In this document: positions 7,918 to 19,001 of the stretch, piece after piece
Layout: the number at the start of each line of letters is the position of its first letter
How positions within the stretch are numbered: position 1 is the stretch's first letter
Assembly: GCA_041178085.1 (NCBI GenBank)
Contig: JBEGVZ010000118.1
Span: 1-30,642, forward strand
Direction of reading: 5' to 3'
Origin: Pseudomonadota bacterium
GTDB lineage: Bacteria > Bdellovibrionota_B > Oligoflexia > Oligoflexales > RGVZ01
Length of the DNA: 30,642 nucleotides
The notes under the pieces: model-generated
What the model was told of the DNA's origin: nothing
What the model saw: only the letters and a program-made list of their open reading frames with translations
Database searches by the model: none
Program-made: the position numbers and the translations under genes

Positions 7918-8880
7918 ATGAAACGTTTGACCATCATGTTAATCCCGGACGGTGCCAGCTCGGCCCGACAGTTCCACCTGCCCAAGGTCGTCGTGCAGGC
8001 TGGAGGACTCGTTGGCATGTTGCTGATGAGCGTCGCTGGATTCCTGGTGGTTGACTACATCGAGCTGTTGAAAATCCGCCAGAACGTGAGAGCGATCTCT
8101 GCCGAGAACGAGGGGCTGAAGGGCGAGGCGCGGATTCTTGAAAACAACCTTGAGGACGTCAAGCGCTCCCTACGCAGGGTTCAGGACTATGCCTCGAAGC
8201 TGTCCGACATGACCAAGCTCCGGGTGAACAGCGTTAGCAAAAAGACTGGTATCGGCCCCCTGTCGATGGAGGAGTACCAGCGTTCAACGGCCCAGGACTT
8301 GAAACCCAAGGAAAGCGGCAACTACCTGCCGGTCGGGTTGAACATTGACAAACTTGCCTTCCGGACCGTGTTTGACCGGCTGGGCTCCCTCGGCGGAGCA
8401 GCCGAAACCAACGCCATTGAACTCCAGCAGTTGCTGTCGACGATGAGCCAGCACCAAAACATGTTGTCCTCCATCCCGGCCGTAAATCCCGTCAACGGGT
8501 GGATCACGTCAGGCTTTGGACGGAGGGTGTCGCCCTTCACAGGGGACCAGTCCCAGCACAAGGGTCTCGACATCGCATCGCCGATCGGAACGCCGGTCTT
8601 TGCCCCTGCAGATGGCGTTGTCGTATTCACCGGGGCGAAAGAGGGATTTGGAAATTTCATTATGATTGCGCACGGTTATGGCGTTGTCAGCGCCTACGGT
8701 CACAATGCCCAGAACATGGTGCAACCGGGCCAAACGGTCAGCCGGGGCGACCAGATTGCTACCGTCGGCATGACCGGTCGGACGACCGGACCGCACCTTC
8801 ATTACGAAGTTTGGGTCAACGGACGTACGGTCGACCCGAAACGCTTCATCCTCGATATTGAAGATAGCTCTTCCTTTTAA
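7918..8880 (+). CDS. M23 family metallopeptidase with N-terminal TM and coiled coil
   Basis: HKGLD (HxxxD) and TGPHLHYEV (HxH) zinc motifs, ITSGFGRR, and an N-terminal TM followed by a coiled coil. Confidence 0.95.
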   Translation: MKRLTIMLIPDGASSARQFHLPKVVVQAGGLVGMLLMSVAGFLVVDYIELLKIRQNVRAISAENEGLKGEARILENNLEDVKRSLRRVQDYASKLSDMTKLRVNSVSKKTGIGPLSMEEYQRSTAQDLKPKESGNYLPVGLNIDKLAFRTVFDRLGSLGGAAETNAIELQQLLSTMSQHQNMLSSIPAVNPVNGWITSGFGRRVSPFTGDQSQHKGLDIASPIGTPVFAPADGVVVFTGAKEGFGNFIMIAHGYGVVSAYGHNAQNMVQPGQTVSRGDQIATVGMTGRTTGPHLHYEVWVNGRTVDPKRFILDIEDSSSF

Positions 8881-9013
8881 CGCCTTTCAGCAATTATAAC
8901 ATTGGTTTGGCGCGGAAAGACCGCCCCTCCGCCCCCCCGGACCTTTGCCGGCTGGTGGGGGTTGTGCTGGCTTGCTGTCCCGTTATGCCTCTCAACAGAA
9001 AGCGAACACCCAG

Positions 9014-11743
9014 ATGGCAAACTTACTGAAAAAGATTTTCGGCTCGAAAAACGAACGCGAGATCCGCCGGATCCGGGCCGTTGTGGAAAAGATCAACGCA
9101 CTGGAAGCAAGCATCAAGACCCTTCCTGACGACGCGTTTCCTGCCAAGACTGCCGAGCTCAAAGCACGGGTTGCCAAGGGTGAGTCACTGAATGCCATCC
9201 TGCCAGAAGCCTTTGCAGTGATCCGGGAAGCTGCGCGGCGGGTCAGGAACGAACGCCATTTTGACGTCCAGCTGATCGGCGGCGTGGCACTCCACGAAGG
9301 CAAGATTGCTGAAATGAGAACCGGTGAAGGAAAGACCCTCACTGCGACTGCGCCAGTCTACCTGAACGCCCTCTCTGGAAAGGGCGTACACGTCATCACA
9401 GTAAACGACTACCTGGCTACGCGTGACTCGGAAACGATGGGGCGCGTGTACGCTTTTTGTGGTCTGACCACCGGAACAATCGTCCACGGACTGAGTGACG
9501 AACAGCGACGTGCCGCCTATTCTTGCGATATCACTTATGGCACCAACAACGAGTTCGGGTTTGATTTTCTGCGCGACAACATGAAGACCGAACTCTCCCG
9601 GCTCGTTCAGCGCGGACACAATTTTGCCATTGTCGACGAAGTCGACTCGATTTTAATCGACGAGGCAAGAACGCCCCTGATCATTTCTGGTCCGACAGAA
9701 AGCAACCTCTCCCTGTTCACCGTGGTGAATGCTGCGATCCCGGGTCTGCAGAAGGATTCCGACTACATCGTCGATGAAAAAGCGCGGGCCGTCATGTTGA
9801 CCGAGGATGGGATCGCCAAGCTGGAAAAACGCTTGCGCGTCGAAAACCTCTACGACCCGAAGAACATCGACTTTCTTCACCATGTCCAGCAAGCGCTCAA
9901 GGCTCACGTTATCTTCAAGAAGGATGTCGACTACGTGGTCCGCGATGGAAAGGTCATCATCGTCGACGAGTTCACTGGCAGGTTGATGCCTGGCCGTCGC
10001 TACAGCGATGGCTTGCACGGCGCGCTCGAAGCAAAAGAACACGTAGCGGTCCAAAGTGAAACCCAGACCATGGCTACGATCACCTTCCAGAACTACTTCC
10101 GGCTCTATGGCAAGCTGGGCGGAATGACGGGCACGGCCGACACGGAATCGGTTGAGTTCAAGAAAATTTATAACCTTGACGTCGTGGTGATCCCGACCAA
10201 CCGCCCGATGGTCCGGATGGACCATCAAGACGTGATCTTCCGGACGGCGAGAGAGAAATTCAACGCCATCGCCAATGACATCGCCGAGGCGCAAAAGAAA
10301 GGCCAGCCGGTCCTCGTCGGTACTGTTTCTGTCGAAAAGTCGGAGCTGCTTTCTGGCCTGCTTAAAAAAATGGGAATCCCGCATGAAATTCTCAATGCAA
10401 AGAACCATGCGAGAGAAGCCGATATTATCAAGAATGCGGGTCAACGCGGCAATGTGACGATTTCCACCAACATGGCGGGTCGCGGTACGGACATCGTACT
10501 TGGCCCTGAAGTGGCAAGCCTTGGCGGGCTTTACGTGATCGGGACCGAGCGCCATGAGTCGCGTCGGATTGACAACCAGCTACGTGGCCGGTCGGGGCGG
10601 CAGGGTGACGCCGGTGCCAGCCGATTCTATCTTTCGTTTGAAGACGATTTGATGCGTATCTTCGCAGCCGACTGGCTGTCGGGAATGATGGAACGCATTG
10701 GCATGAAAGAAGGGGAGGCCATTGAGGCCCCGATGGTGACGCGCTCGGTTGAGCGGGCGCAGAAACGCGTCGAGGACCACAACTTCTCGAGCCGTAAGCA
10801 CCTCCTTGAGTACGACGATGTGATGAACCAGCAGCGCCAGGTGGTTTACAAGCTGCGCCGGAAAATGCTCGAAGGTCTGGAAACCGGCCAACAAAACGAA
10901 ATCGAGTTCCTTGAAACTGCTGTGTCAAACCTGATCGCCGTAACCCTCGAGCGCCAAATCCAACAGCATCCGGGGCATGACCGCAAGGACCTGGCAAATG
11001 CGATCGCCACGTCCATGCGCCAGGAACATAACTCGACAGTCACCGTGCCGGAAAACTTCGAGACCGAGGCCGAAGGGCTTGAAGCTCTGATTGGCAATAT
11101 CTCCACCCAGGTGCTTGCTTCCTACCGCGCAAAGTTTGACGAGGTGGGCACGGAAATCAAAGGCAAGATTGAATCCTTCATCTTCCTGCAAGTGATTGAC
11201 CGCGCATGGAAGAACCACTTGCTTGGAATGGACGCATTGAAGGACAGCGTCAGCCTCAGAGGCTATGGCCAGCGTGACCCCCTGCAGGAATACAAGCGTG
11301 AAGCCTTCCGTCTGTTTGAGGCCATGATGATCCGCATCGAGGATGAAACCACCCAGGCGTTGCTGCATCTTGAGCGCCCACGTCTTGAACTCGCATCGGA
11401 GCTGCATCGTGAAGAAGCCGGCGAGGACGAGCTTGAATTCAAACATCCTGAGGCCAGCCACTTTGAGCAGCCAAAGCAGCCCGCTACACCGCCCCAGGAC
11501 TCGTCCAGTGTGGATCGGCGTGGAGTTGAAGAGCGTTTTGGCAACGAGACAATGGTGTACCACGGGCCCCGCTCTGCCGTTGATGAGCCCGTGCGCCAGC
11601 GCAATGCGGCACCGGCCCCGCTGAAGCGGATGGAACCAAAAGTTGGCAGAAACGACCCTTGTCCATGCGGCTCGGGCAAAAAGTACAAGAAATGCCACGG
11701 GCAAGCCGGCGCAGACGTCGTGAGTGCGGATAGTCAGACGTGA
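9014..11743 (+). CDS. secA: Preprotein translocase ATPase SecA
   Basis: [57 protein letters not shown] and the C-terminal SEC-C motif [19 protein letters not shown]. Start set at [10 protein letters not shown]. Confidence 0.99.
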   Translation: MANLLKKIFGSKNEREIRRIRAVVEKINALEASIKTLPDDAFPAKTAELKARVAKGESLNAILPEAFAVIREAARRVRNERHFDVQLIGGVALHEGKIAEMRTGEGKTLTATAPVYLNALSGKGVHVITVNDYLATRDSETMGRVYAFCGLTTGTIVHGLSDEQRRAAYSCDITYGTNNEFGFDFLRDNMKTELSRLVQRGHNFAIVDEVDSILIDEARTPLIISGPTESNLSLFTVVNAAIPGLQKDSDYIVDEKARAVMLTEDGIAKLEKRLRVENLYDPKNIDFLHHVQQALKAHVIFKKDVDYVVRDGKVIIVDEFTGRLMPGRRYSDGLHGALEAKEHVAVQSETQTMATITFQNYFRLYGKLGGMTGTADTESVEFKKIYNLDVVVIPTNRPMVRMDHQDVIFRTAREKFNAIANDIAEAQKKGQPVLVGTVSVEKSELLSGLLKKMGIPHEILNAKNHAREADIIKNAGQRGNVTISTNMAGRGTDIVLGPEVASLGGLYVIGTERHESRRIDNQLRGRSGRQGDAGASRFYLSFEDDLMRIFAADWLSGMMERIGMKEGEAIEAPMVTRSVERAQKRVEDHNFSSRKHLLEYDDVMNQQRQVVYKLRRKMLEGLETGQQNEIEFLETAVSNLIAVTLERQIQQHPGHDRKDLANAIATSMRQEHNSTVTVPENFETEAEGLEALIGNISTQVLASYRAKFDEVGTEIKGKIESFIFLQVIDRAWKNHLLGMDALKDSVSLRGYGQRDPLQEYKREAFRLFEAMMIRIEDETTQALLHLERPRLELASELHREEAGEDELEFKHPEASHFEQPKQPATPPQDSSSVDRRGVEERFGNETMVYHGPRSAVDEPVRQRNAAPAPLKRMEPKVGRNDPCPCGSGKKYKKCHGQAGADVVSADSQT

Positions 11744-12147
11744 CCAGGATCGTCGACTACACGCCCTCGAATGAACACGGGATCGTTTCTCGTATCCTGC
11801 TTGCTGTGCATAAAACCGCGGACCGGACTTTCCCGGCGAGTGGGCAACGCCAGTACGCTAAAACAGCTGTCGCTGCCGACGCCAACCCCAGACAACCTGT
11901 GCCACCGATTCCGGTATTGCACCCTGAAAAGAAATCTCAGGTCAGTCCGGTGGCCTTTGTTGAGCCGCGCTCCGGCGTAGCACCACCTGCGATGTCGCAC
12001 ACAACGCGTGAAGACTCTGACTTCGATTTTCTGGTTTCAGAAAAACAAAAGTCGCGCCGTTTTTTCTTCATGATGATCGTTCTGGCGACGACAGCCTTTG
12101 TCGCGCTGGCACTGTTGCTGTCCAGCCGCAACTTCGGCAACTGGTAA
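11740..12147 (+). CDS. Hypothetical Pro-rich protein with C-terminal membrane anchor
   Basis: GTGA overlap with the secA stop, and it fills the gap to rph. Basic KSRR is followed by a ~20-aa hydrophobic stretch near the C-terminus. Confidence 0.65.
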   Translation: MTRIVDYTPSNEHGIVSRILLAVHKTADRTFPASGQRQYAKTAVAADANPRQPVPPIPVLHPEKKSQVSPVAFVEPRSGVAPPAMSHTTREDSDFDFLVSEKQKSRRFFFMMIVLATTAFVALALLLSSRNFGNW

Positions 12148-12170
12148 GTCGCAACGGACGACCTGACAGG

Positions 12171-12926
12171 TCAGCCTTCGGCGACTTGACCTTCAGCTGC
12201 GACCTGCTGCAAATCAAAAACTGGACGCAAGGCGTCACATGCAGCATCCATGATGCGGACCACCTGATCGCGCGTGAACGCGGACCTTTCTGCTGTTCCC
12301 TGAATTTCCAGAATTTTTCCATCCTGGGTCATGACAACATTCATGTCGAGGTCAGCCGAGCTGTCCTCCAGGTAGTCGAGATCGACTAAAAGCACATCGC
12401 CCTTGAGCCCGATCGAAACCGCAGCGACGGAATCCTTGAGTGGATTGGTGCGCAGCCGCCCGGTGCGCAAGCAACGATCCACCGCCAGTTTCAACGCTAC
12501 GTAAGCGCCGGTAATGGAAGCCGTGCGCGTCCCGCCATCTGCCTGAATGACGTCACAATCAATGGTGAAAGTGGTGTCAGGGCAAAGGTTTAGATCGATC
12601 ACGCCACGTATAGCGCGGCCAATCAAACGCTGGATTTCCTGGGTCCGGCCGGAAGGCCCGTTTCTTTCCCGTTTGGTCCTGGAGTTGGTCGACGATGGAA
12701 GCATGGAATATTCGGCAGTAAGCCAGCCCTGGGGCGGAGATGCATTGCGCAAAAACCCTGGCACGCCATCTTCCACCGTGACGGTGCACAGGACCTGGGT
12801 GTTGCCATATTCAATCAGCACACTGCCAGCTGCATGCCGGGTAAAGCCAGGCGTGATGCGAACAGCGCGCATCTGAGCGCCGGCGCGGCCAGATGGCCGC
12901 TGAAAGGTTGCTTTTGACAGGCTCAT
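12171..12926 (-). CDS. rph: Ribonuclease PH
   Basis: GWLTAEYSMLP, GRTQEIQRLIGR, DCDVIQADGGTRTASITG and EIQGTAE motifs. Confidence 0.98.
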   Translation of the reverse strand: MSLSKATFQRPSGRAGAQMRAVRITPGFTRHAAGSVLIEYGNTQVLCTVTVEDGVPGFLRNASPPQGWLTAEYSMLPSSTNSRTKRERNGPSGRTQEIQRLIGRAIRGVIDLNLCPDTTFTIDCDVIQADGGTRTASITGAYVALKLAVDRCLRTGRLRTNPLKDSVAAVSIGLKGDVLLVDLDYLEDSSADLDMNVVMTQDGKILEIQGTAERSAFTRDQVVRIMDAACDALRPVFDLQQVAAEGQVAEG

Positions 12927-12930
12927 GGTT

Positions 12931-13689
12931 TCACTTCTTGGTGTCGGGATTGGTCAAACTCGCCTTGATGAATTCCCGGTTCAAACGGGCGATATAATCA
13001 GAGCTGATCTGTTTCGGGCACACTGCCTCACACTCATACTGGTTGGTGCAGTTACCGAAACCTTCGCTCTTCATTTGGGAAATCATGCCGAGCACCCGGT
13101 CCTGACGCTCAGGCTGGCCCTGAGGGAGCATCGCCAGCTGGCTCACCTTGGCAGAGACAAAAAGCATGGCTGAAGCGTTTTTGCAGGAAGCAACACACGC
13201 GCCGCACCCAATGCAGGCGGCGGCGTTGAAAGCGTCATCTGCGGCGTGTTTGTTGACTGGCAGGGCATTGGCATCCTGCGCGGCACCGGTGTTGACCGAA
13301 ATGTAGCCGCCGGACTGCATGATCCGGTCAAACGCACTGCGGTCTACTACAAGATCCCGAAGAACCGGGAAGGCCTTGGCCCGCCATGGCTCAATGTAGA
13401 TTTCCTCGCCGTCCTCAAAGCTGCGCATGTGCAACTGACAAGTGGTCGTCGCATCCTGCGGGCCGTGGGCAATCCCGTTGATCATGAGGCCGCAACTGCC
13501 ACAGATGCCTTCCCGGCAATCGTGTTCAAAGGCAATTGGTTCCTCACCGGAGGCAATCAAGCGCTCGTTGACCACATCCAGCATTTCAAGGAAGGACATG
13601 TTCGGGCTGATGTCCTTGGCCTCGTAGGTGACCATGCGGCCTTCATCGACCTTGTTTTTCTGGCGCCAGACATGAAGTTTAAGATTCAT
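12931..13689 (-). CDS. sdhB: Succinate dehydrogenase/fumarate reductase iron-sulfur subunit
   Basis: [20 protein letters not shown] and [12 protein letters not shown]e-S motifs, downstream of the flavoprotein gene. Confidence 0.96.
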   Translation of the reverse strand: MNLKLHVWRQKNKVDEGRMVTYEAKDISPNMSFLEMLDVVNERLIASGEEPIAFEHDCREGICGSCGLMINGIAHGPQDATTTCQLHMRSFEDGEEIYIEPWRAKAFPVLRDLVVDRSAFDRIMQSGGYISVNTGAAQDANALPVNKHAADDAFNAAACIGCGACVASCKNASAMLFVSAKVSQLAMLPQGQPERQDRVLGMISQMKSEGFGNCTNQYECEAVCPKQISSDYIARLNREFIKASLTNPDTKK

Positions 13690-15611
13690 TTGTAGCTCCT
13701 CGTCGCGAGCTTCACATTTTCGTAAGCCAGCGACTCCTGATGCCGCTTGTGGCCTTTGACCTCACCCTTGGCGTCGCCCTCAAATTCCCAGGCAGCGACA
13801 TGGCAGAAATTCTCGTCGTCCCGTTTAGCCTCGCCATCTGGCGTCTGGTACTCAGTCCGGAAGTGACCGCCACAGGACTCTTCGCGGGAAAGTGCATCAA
13901 GGCACATGAGTTCGCCGAACTCAAGGAAGTCCGCAACGCGTCCAGCCTTCTCAAGGGACTGATTGATTTCTGCTGCTTCGCCGGGGACACGAACGTCGTT
14001 CCAGAATTGCTCGCGCAATTTGGGGATTTCCTTCAGTGCCTGCTGCAGGCCCGCGCGGTCGCGCGCCATGCCGCACTTGTCCCACATGATCTTGCCGAGC
14101 TCCCGGTGAAAGCTGTCGACCGTGCGCGATCCCTTGATCGAAAGCAGACGGTCGATCCGGCCACGTGCCTCGGCCTCGCAGTGCCGAAAGGCGTCGTGTG
14201 ACGTATCGACTGGTTCCAGCTTGGTGCCTGCAAGGTAATTGCCGAGCGTGTAAGGAATCACAAAATAACCATCGGCAAGGCCCTGCATCAGTGCACTGGC
14301 TCCAAGCCGGTTTGCACCGTGATCCGAGAAGTTTGCCTCTCCAAGGACATGCAGGCCCGGGATCGTGCTCATCAGGTTGTAGTCGACCCAGAGACCGCCC
14401 ATTGTGTAGTGGACAGCAGGGTAAATCCTCATCGGCATCCGATATGGATTTTCGTCTGTGATGCGCTCGTACATGTCGAACAGGTTTCCGTAACGCTCGC
14501 GGATCTTGTCCTCGCCAAGGCGGCCGATGGCTGCGGCAAAGTCCAGGTAGACACCAAAACCACCTTCACCGACACCGCGCCCCTCGTCGCACACTTCCTT
14601 GGCACTGCGGCTTGCGATGTCACGTGGAGCAAGGTTACCAAAGCTCGGGTACTTGCGCTCAAGGTAGTAATCGCGTTCTGCATCGGGGATTTCAGCTGGC
14701 AGCCTCGTGTCACCCTTGTTCTTGGGAACCCAAACACGGCCATCATTGCGCAGCGACTCTGACATCAAGGTCAACTTGGACTGGTAATCGCCCTTGACCG
14801 GAATGCAAGTCGGGTGAATCTGGGTGAAACACGGGTTGCCAAACGCTGCACCGCGTTTATACGCGCGGTAAGTCGCCGTTACATTCGATCCCTTGGCGTT
14901 GGTCGACAAGTAAAAAACATTGCCATAACCGCCCGTGCAAAGGAGCACGGCATGGGCAGCGTGCGATTCAACCGCGCCGGTTACGAGATTTCTGGCGACG
15001 ATGCCACGAGCCTTGCCATCGACAAGGACAAGGTCCAGCATTTCTGTCTTCGGATACATCTTGACCTGACCGGCACCGATCTGGCGGGAAAGGGCGCTGT
15101 ATGCCCCCAGCAACAACTGCTGCCCGGTCTGGCCTCGTGCATAGAAGGTCCTCGACACCTGTGCACCGCCGAATGATCGGTTATCGAGAAGACCGCCATA
15201 ATCGCGGGCAAATGGAACGCCTTGTGCGACGCACTGATCAATGATCAGGGTGCTGACCTCTGCCAGGCGGTAAACGTTGGCCTCACGTGCGCGGAAGTCG
15301 CCACCTTTAATTGTGTCGTAAAACAGCCGGTAAACGCTGTCGCCGTCGCCGCGGTAATTCTTTGCCGCGTTGATCCCGCCCTGCGCCGCAATCGAGTGCG
15401 CGCGGCGTGGGCTGTCCTGGAAGCAGAAGCACTTCACGTTATAGCCAAGTTCCGCAAGCGTCGCCGCAGCAGAAGCGCCGGCCAGACCCGATCCGACCAC
15501 AATTACGTCAAACTTGCGCTTGTTGGCCGGAGAAACCAGTTTGAGGTCAAACTTGTGGCGTTCCCATTTCGACTCAAGAGGGCCTGACGGTATTTTAGAA
15601 TCCAGTTTCAT
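13686..15611 (-). CDS. sdhA: Succinate dehydrogenase/fumarate reductase flavoprotein subunit
   Basis: VVGSGLAG (FAD binding), [29 protein letters not shown] and [10 protein letters not shown]. Start set at MKLDSKIP. Confidence 0.97.
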   Translation of the reverse strand: MKLDSKIPSGPLESKWERHKFDLKLVSPANKRKFDVIVVGSGLAGASAAATLAELGYNVKCFCFQDSPRRAHSIAAQGGINAAKNYRGDGDSVYRLFYDTIKGGDFRAREANVYRLAEVSTLIIDQCVAQGVPFARDYGGLLDNRSFGGAQVSRTFYARGQTGQQLLLGAYSALSRQIGAGQVKMYPKTEMLDLVLVDGKARGIVARNLVTGAVESHAAHAVLLCTGGYGNVFYLSTNAKGSNVTATYRAYKRGAAFGNPCFTQIHPTCIPVKGDYQSKLTLMSESLRNDGRVWVPKNKGDTRLPAEIPDAERDYYLERKYPSFGNLAPRDIASRSAKEVCDEGRGVGEGGFGVYLDFAAAIGRLGEDKIRERYGNLFDMYERITDENPYRMPMRIYPAVHYTMGGLWVDYNLMSTIPGLHVLGEANFSDHGANRLGASALMQGLADGYFVIPYTLGNYLAGTKLEPVDTSHDAFRHCEAEARGRIDRLLSIKGSRTVDSFHRELGKIMWDKCGMARDRAGLQQALKEIPKLREQFWNDVRVPGEAAEINQSLEKAGRVADFLEFGELMCLDALSREESCGGHFRTEYQTPDGEAKRDDENFCHVAAWEFEGDAKGEVKGHKRHQESLAYENVKLATRSYK

Positions 15612-15633
15612 CGGTGACTCCCCTGATTCCCAA

Positions 15634-16302
15634 CTAATTGACAAAGCCCAGGTAGATGGCCAGCGGTATCGAAGCGAACAAAGCAGCAATGGCAACTCCG
15701 AGCACCGGCCCCGCCTTGCGCAGGACGCCGTTGTAGCGCGGGTGGTTTAGCCCCAGGGTTTGGAAAACGCTGGAGACACCGTGGCTCAAGTGAAGACCGA
15801 TTGCTGCCATCGCAAACAGATACCCGGCAGCCACTGCAGGCTGCTGGAACCCGATGACGAGCATACGCCGCACTTCGAATGGACCAAGCTCTGCGATGCG
15901 CGGGTCGGTCACGCGCCAAGTGAAATGCGCGAGGTGAAATAGCACAAAGGCCAGCATGACAAGTCCGGTGTGGATCATGTAGCGCGAGGCAAAAGTCGCC
16001 TGGGCTGTGTTTTCATAGGCGTAACGCTGCGGCCTCGCACTGCGATTTTCGCGGGTCAGCCAGATCGCAAGGCTGACGTGAGCCACAAAGGCCGCCAACA
16101 AACCACCACGAGCAGCCCACAGCAGAGCTGGATATTTTTTAAGGCCTTCAGCGTAAATATTTAGCGCATCCGGCCCGGCAAAAACGAGCAGATTTCCCGA
16201 AACATGCGCAATCAAGAACCCGGTAAGCATCAAGCCCGTGATCGCGGTGACAACCTTCGCGCCAACGGGTGATTGCAACGTACGGCCAAGCCAAGAATTC
16301 AT
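15634..16302 (-). CDS. sdhC: Succinate dehydrogenase cytochrome b subunit (b558 type)
   Basis: Five TM segments with His ligands (AHVSGN, VAHV, FHLAHF, HLSHG), a GAGGAGG SD, and first position in the sdh operon. Confidence 0.93.
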   Translation of the reverse strand: MNSWLGRTLQSPVGAKVVTAITGLMLTGFLIAHVSGNLLVFAGPDALNIYAEGLKKYPALLWAARGGLLAAFVAHVSLAIWLTRENRSARPQRYAYENTAQATFASRYMIHTGLVMLAFVLFHLAHFTWRVTDPRIAELGPFEVRRMLVIGFQQPAVAAGYLFAMAAIGLHLSHGVSSVFQTLGLNHPRYNGVLRKAGPVLGVAIAALFASIPLAIYLGFVN

Positions 16303-16358
16303 GGGCCTTGTTCCTCCTCATCCCGGCCAGGCGGGACCAGCTGAAAATCCGGACAGGA

Positions 16359-18995
16359 TCATAGTCCAACAATGACGGTTTGAGCGAGATTTTTGTCCAG
16401 AAAACGGCGGGCAACTTCCTGCACGTCGCCGGGACTCACGCTCGCGATATGTCCGTAATATTCCCGGAAGGCCTCGTGGCCGATGCCGTAAAGTTCCATC
16501 AGGGCCATCGTGCTGGCCTCTGCCTCGCCACTTTGCAGCTCCATGGCATGGTTCCCCGTGATGTAGCTTTTGGCCCGCTGCAGCTCGTCCTCAAGGACGC
16601 CGTCTTTGCTGATCGCATCCAGTTCGCCCCAGATCCCAGCTTCTGCCGCGACGACCTTTTCTGGTGCGCAGGCGATGTAGGCACCAAGAAGCCCGCGGCT
16701 GGTTCCATAACTCAAAATGGGAGCGACGCTGTAGGCGAGGGACTCGCGATCCCTGAGGTTCCGGAACAAACGGCCGCCCGTACCACCCAGGATATTGAAC
16801 AAAACATCAACAGCAAACCGGTCTGGTGAACGCCAGCCCGGACCCGGCATCCCGGTGGCAAAGTGAACTTGTTGCCGGTCCATCGCCACTGGATGCCTGG
16901 CCGCAGTCCGGACCGGCAAAACGGCGTCCGATGGAAACCGTCTTGCGAGCGTATTTGGCCGGAAAGTAGAGAGGCCCCGTTCGAGCAACTTACTTACCTC
17001 GCCAGCCGGCAAGTCACCGCAACCGGCAATCACCCAAGGCCCGCCATCACGCCACCGAAGATAACTGCCAAGCACTTCCTCAGGCTGCCACAGGGATGCT
17101 GTCTCCCATGACCCCGAAATGTCGTTCCCATAAGGGTGCCCTGCAAGGACCGCGCGCTGCAGCTTGCGCACGCAAACCGCCGACGGAGAATCCGCCTGCT
17201 GGCGGAAATAGTCCTCGATCTCCCTGAGGTAGGAAGCAAACTGTTGCCCCGGAAAAGCGGGCCTTTGCATCATCTCAAAGAGCAAATCGCTCAATTCTGC
17301 GTGGTCGTCGATCAGGCAAGACATCCGGAAACCCAGGGAGTCCTTGCCTGAAAAAGCCGCAATGTCTGCCCCCCGGCCTTCAACCAGCCTTGAGCAATCC
17401 TCAAAACCACGGACCTCTGTCGCCCTTGCAAGATTCGCCGCCATCGCGCTGAACATGCCAGGCGGCGGACCATCACCAAACTCCGCCCTCTGGCCGCCTT
17501 CCGTGGCAAAAACAAGGGAAAGAAGACCCGATCCAGGGCGCTCACGGTAAATAAACTTCACACCAGGTTTCAGCTCGCAAACAAAAACCGGCTGGTGCAC
17601 TTGACAGGAAACGGGTCGGGCCGACCGGCGATTTTTAGTGTCCCGACCTCCGGCCGCGACGCCGCGCAAAAAAGCCTCTTTAACCTCTGCGGGCTGCAAT
17701 GCCACTGCGTCAGGAACGACGCCTACAATGTGAAAGTTTTCCGGTGAGATCCAGCGGTTCCAGGCTTCGATCAGGTCGTCAACTTCCAGCGCTTGCACCC
17801 GCTCGAGCCAAGCGTCCTCATGGCGGTGCTTTTGCGCCGTCGTGATACCAAAACCGACCCGGGCAAGACCCTCGACCGTTTCGTTGCGGAATACTTTTTC
17901 CGAACGAACGGCGGCCTTGGCGCGGGCAAGATCCGCTTCACTCCAGTTTTCCTGCACGGGAAACGCGGTCAGGACCCGCCCAGCAGCTTCGATGGCCGCC
18001 AGTGCGGCCTCGCCCGAAGTCATCAAGCTTATTTCAAAAAGGCCGGGAAAGGCCGGCGAGAACAAAGTTGCAGCTGCCGACGATACAACCCCCTCTTCAT
18101 CTCTCAATTGCCTGTTCAGGAGGCCAAGGTCACCCCCCCCCAGAAGGTATGCGCACATGTCGAGGGCCGGCGTATCGACATGCTCCAGTTCCGGGGCGGG
18201 CACGGCAAAGTCAAAGCGGACTTGCTGGTAGTCGCCACGAACAAAATCCACCGCCATAGGCATGCGCGTCATGCCAATCTTTGCGTGCCACGGGCTTGTC
18301 GCCCATACTGGATGGCTTCTCCGCACAGAGGCTTGGGTAGCAGATGATGTTTGAAAGCTGGGGGGCAGCTTTTCCAGGAAAGCCGCCGTCTCGCTCTCGT
18401 CAAAATCCCCGACCACGACAAATCCGCAATTCTGCGGCTGATAGAACCGGTCGCGGAAAGCTTTAAGCTGCTGGCAAGTGATGGCCGCAACACTTGCAGC
18501 TGAGCCAATGACCGGTCGTCCGGCCTCGCTTCCCGCGTAAGCCCGGGCAAAAAGAAGTTGTGCGGCGCGGGTCCCGGGATCATCAAGGCTGCGGCTGATT
18601 TCCTCAAGAATCACCTTGCGCTCCCTTTCCACTTCAACGGGATCAAGGGAGCTCTCAAAAACTGCATCGCAAAGGAGTGCCAGCGCATCCTTGACGAAGG
18701 GCGTTGCCACGGTGAGGTAATAAACCGTCCGGTCAAAGGTCGTGTAGGCGTTGATTTCACCACCCCAACCTTCGATTTTAGACGAAATTTCGCCGACCTT
18801 GAGGCGGGGCGTGCCCTTAAATGTCATGTGTTCCAGGAAATGAGCTATGCCGCGAGGATGATCGCCAGGGTCATCGCCTTCCATGATCGAGCCGGCCCGT
18901 ATCCAGCATTGGATGCTGGAAACCGGAGCGAAGTGCCGCTCAAGGGTAATCAATTCGATGCCATTTTTCAGAATGGCGTAGTGAGCATCCTTCAC
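16359..18995 (-). CDS. M16 (pitrilysin/insulinase) family zinc peptidase, fused two-half form
   Basis: GIAHFLEHMTFKGT (HxxEH), NAYTTFDRTVY and ERKVILEE. The second half lacks the zinc motif but has RLFRNLRDRESLAY. Confidence 0.93.
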   Translation of the reverse strand: MKDAHYAILKNGIELITLERHFAPVSSIQCWIRAGSIMEGDDPGDHPRGIAHFLEHMTFKGTPRLKVGEISSKIEGWGGEINAYTTFDRTVYYLTVATPFVKDALALLCDAVFESSLDPVEVERERKVILEEISRSLDDPGTRAAQLLFARAYAGSEAGRPVIGSAASVAAITCQQLKAFRDRFYQPQNCGFVVVGDFDESETAAFLEKLPPSFQTSSATQASVRRSHPVWATSPWHAKIGMTRMPMAVDFVRGDYQQVRFDFAVPAPELEHVDTPALDMCAYLLGGGDLGLLNRQLRDEEGVVSSAAATLFSPAFPGLFEISLMTSGEAALAAIEAAGRVLTAFPVQENWSEADLARAKAAVRSEKVFRNETVEGLARVGFGITTAQKHRHEDAWLERVQALEVDDLIEAWNRWISPENFHIVGVVPDAVALQPAEVKEAFLRGVAAGGRDTKNRRSARPVSCQVHQPVFVCELKPGVKFIYRERPGSGLLSLVFATEGGQRAEFGDGPPPGMFSAMAANLARATEVRGFEDCSRLVEGRGADIAAFSGKDSLGFRMSCLIDDHAELSDLLFEMMQRPAFPGQQFASYLREIEDYFRQQADSPSAVCVRKLQRAVLAGHPYGNDISGSWETASLWQPEEVLGSYLRWRDGGPWVIAGCGDLPAGEVSKLLERGLSTFRPNTLARRFPSDAVLPVRTAARHPVAMDRQQVHFATGMPGPGWRSPDRFAVDVLFNILGGTGGRLFRNLRDRESLAYSVAPILSYGTSRGLLGAYIACAPEKVVAAEAGIWGELDAISKDGVLEDELQRAKSYITGNHAMELQSGEAEASTMALMELYGIGHEAFREYYGHIASVSPGDVQEVARRFLDKNLAQTVIVGL

Positions 18996-19001
18996 GCGGT
19001 C

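Noticed and set aside
8905..8975. GC-rich hairpin and TGGCGCG upstream of secA as a terminator or sigma54 promoter
   Set aside because: No U-tract follows the stem and there is no correctly spaced TTGC -12 element.
8945..9013. N-terminal extensions in the ORF track for secA (also helicase 20400, sdhA 15695, rpoH 24547, DAGK 24414, amgK 25378)
   Set aside because: Family similarity begins at downstream starts, most of which have SD or promoter support. The extensions overlap neighbouring genes or promoters.
7918..9013. M23 gene as a SecM-like arrest-peptide regulator of secA
   Set aside because: No RAGP/RAPP-type motif at its C-terminus. It is a complete peptidase and lies 133 nt from secA.
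9653..10555. 300-aa antisense ORF inside secA (also 10925-11704)
   Set aside because: Shadow frame of a highly conserved, codon-biased gene, with no motifs or SD.
12160..12172. GACCTG-A-CAGGTC palindrome between convergent genes as a bidirectional terminator
   Set aside because: The stem is short and has no flanking A/T tracts; it could be chance.
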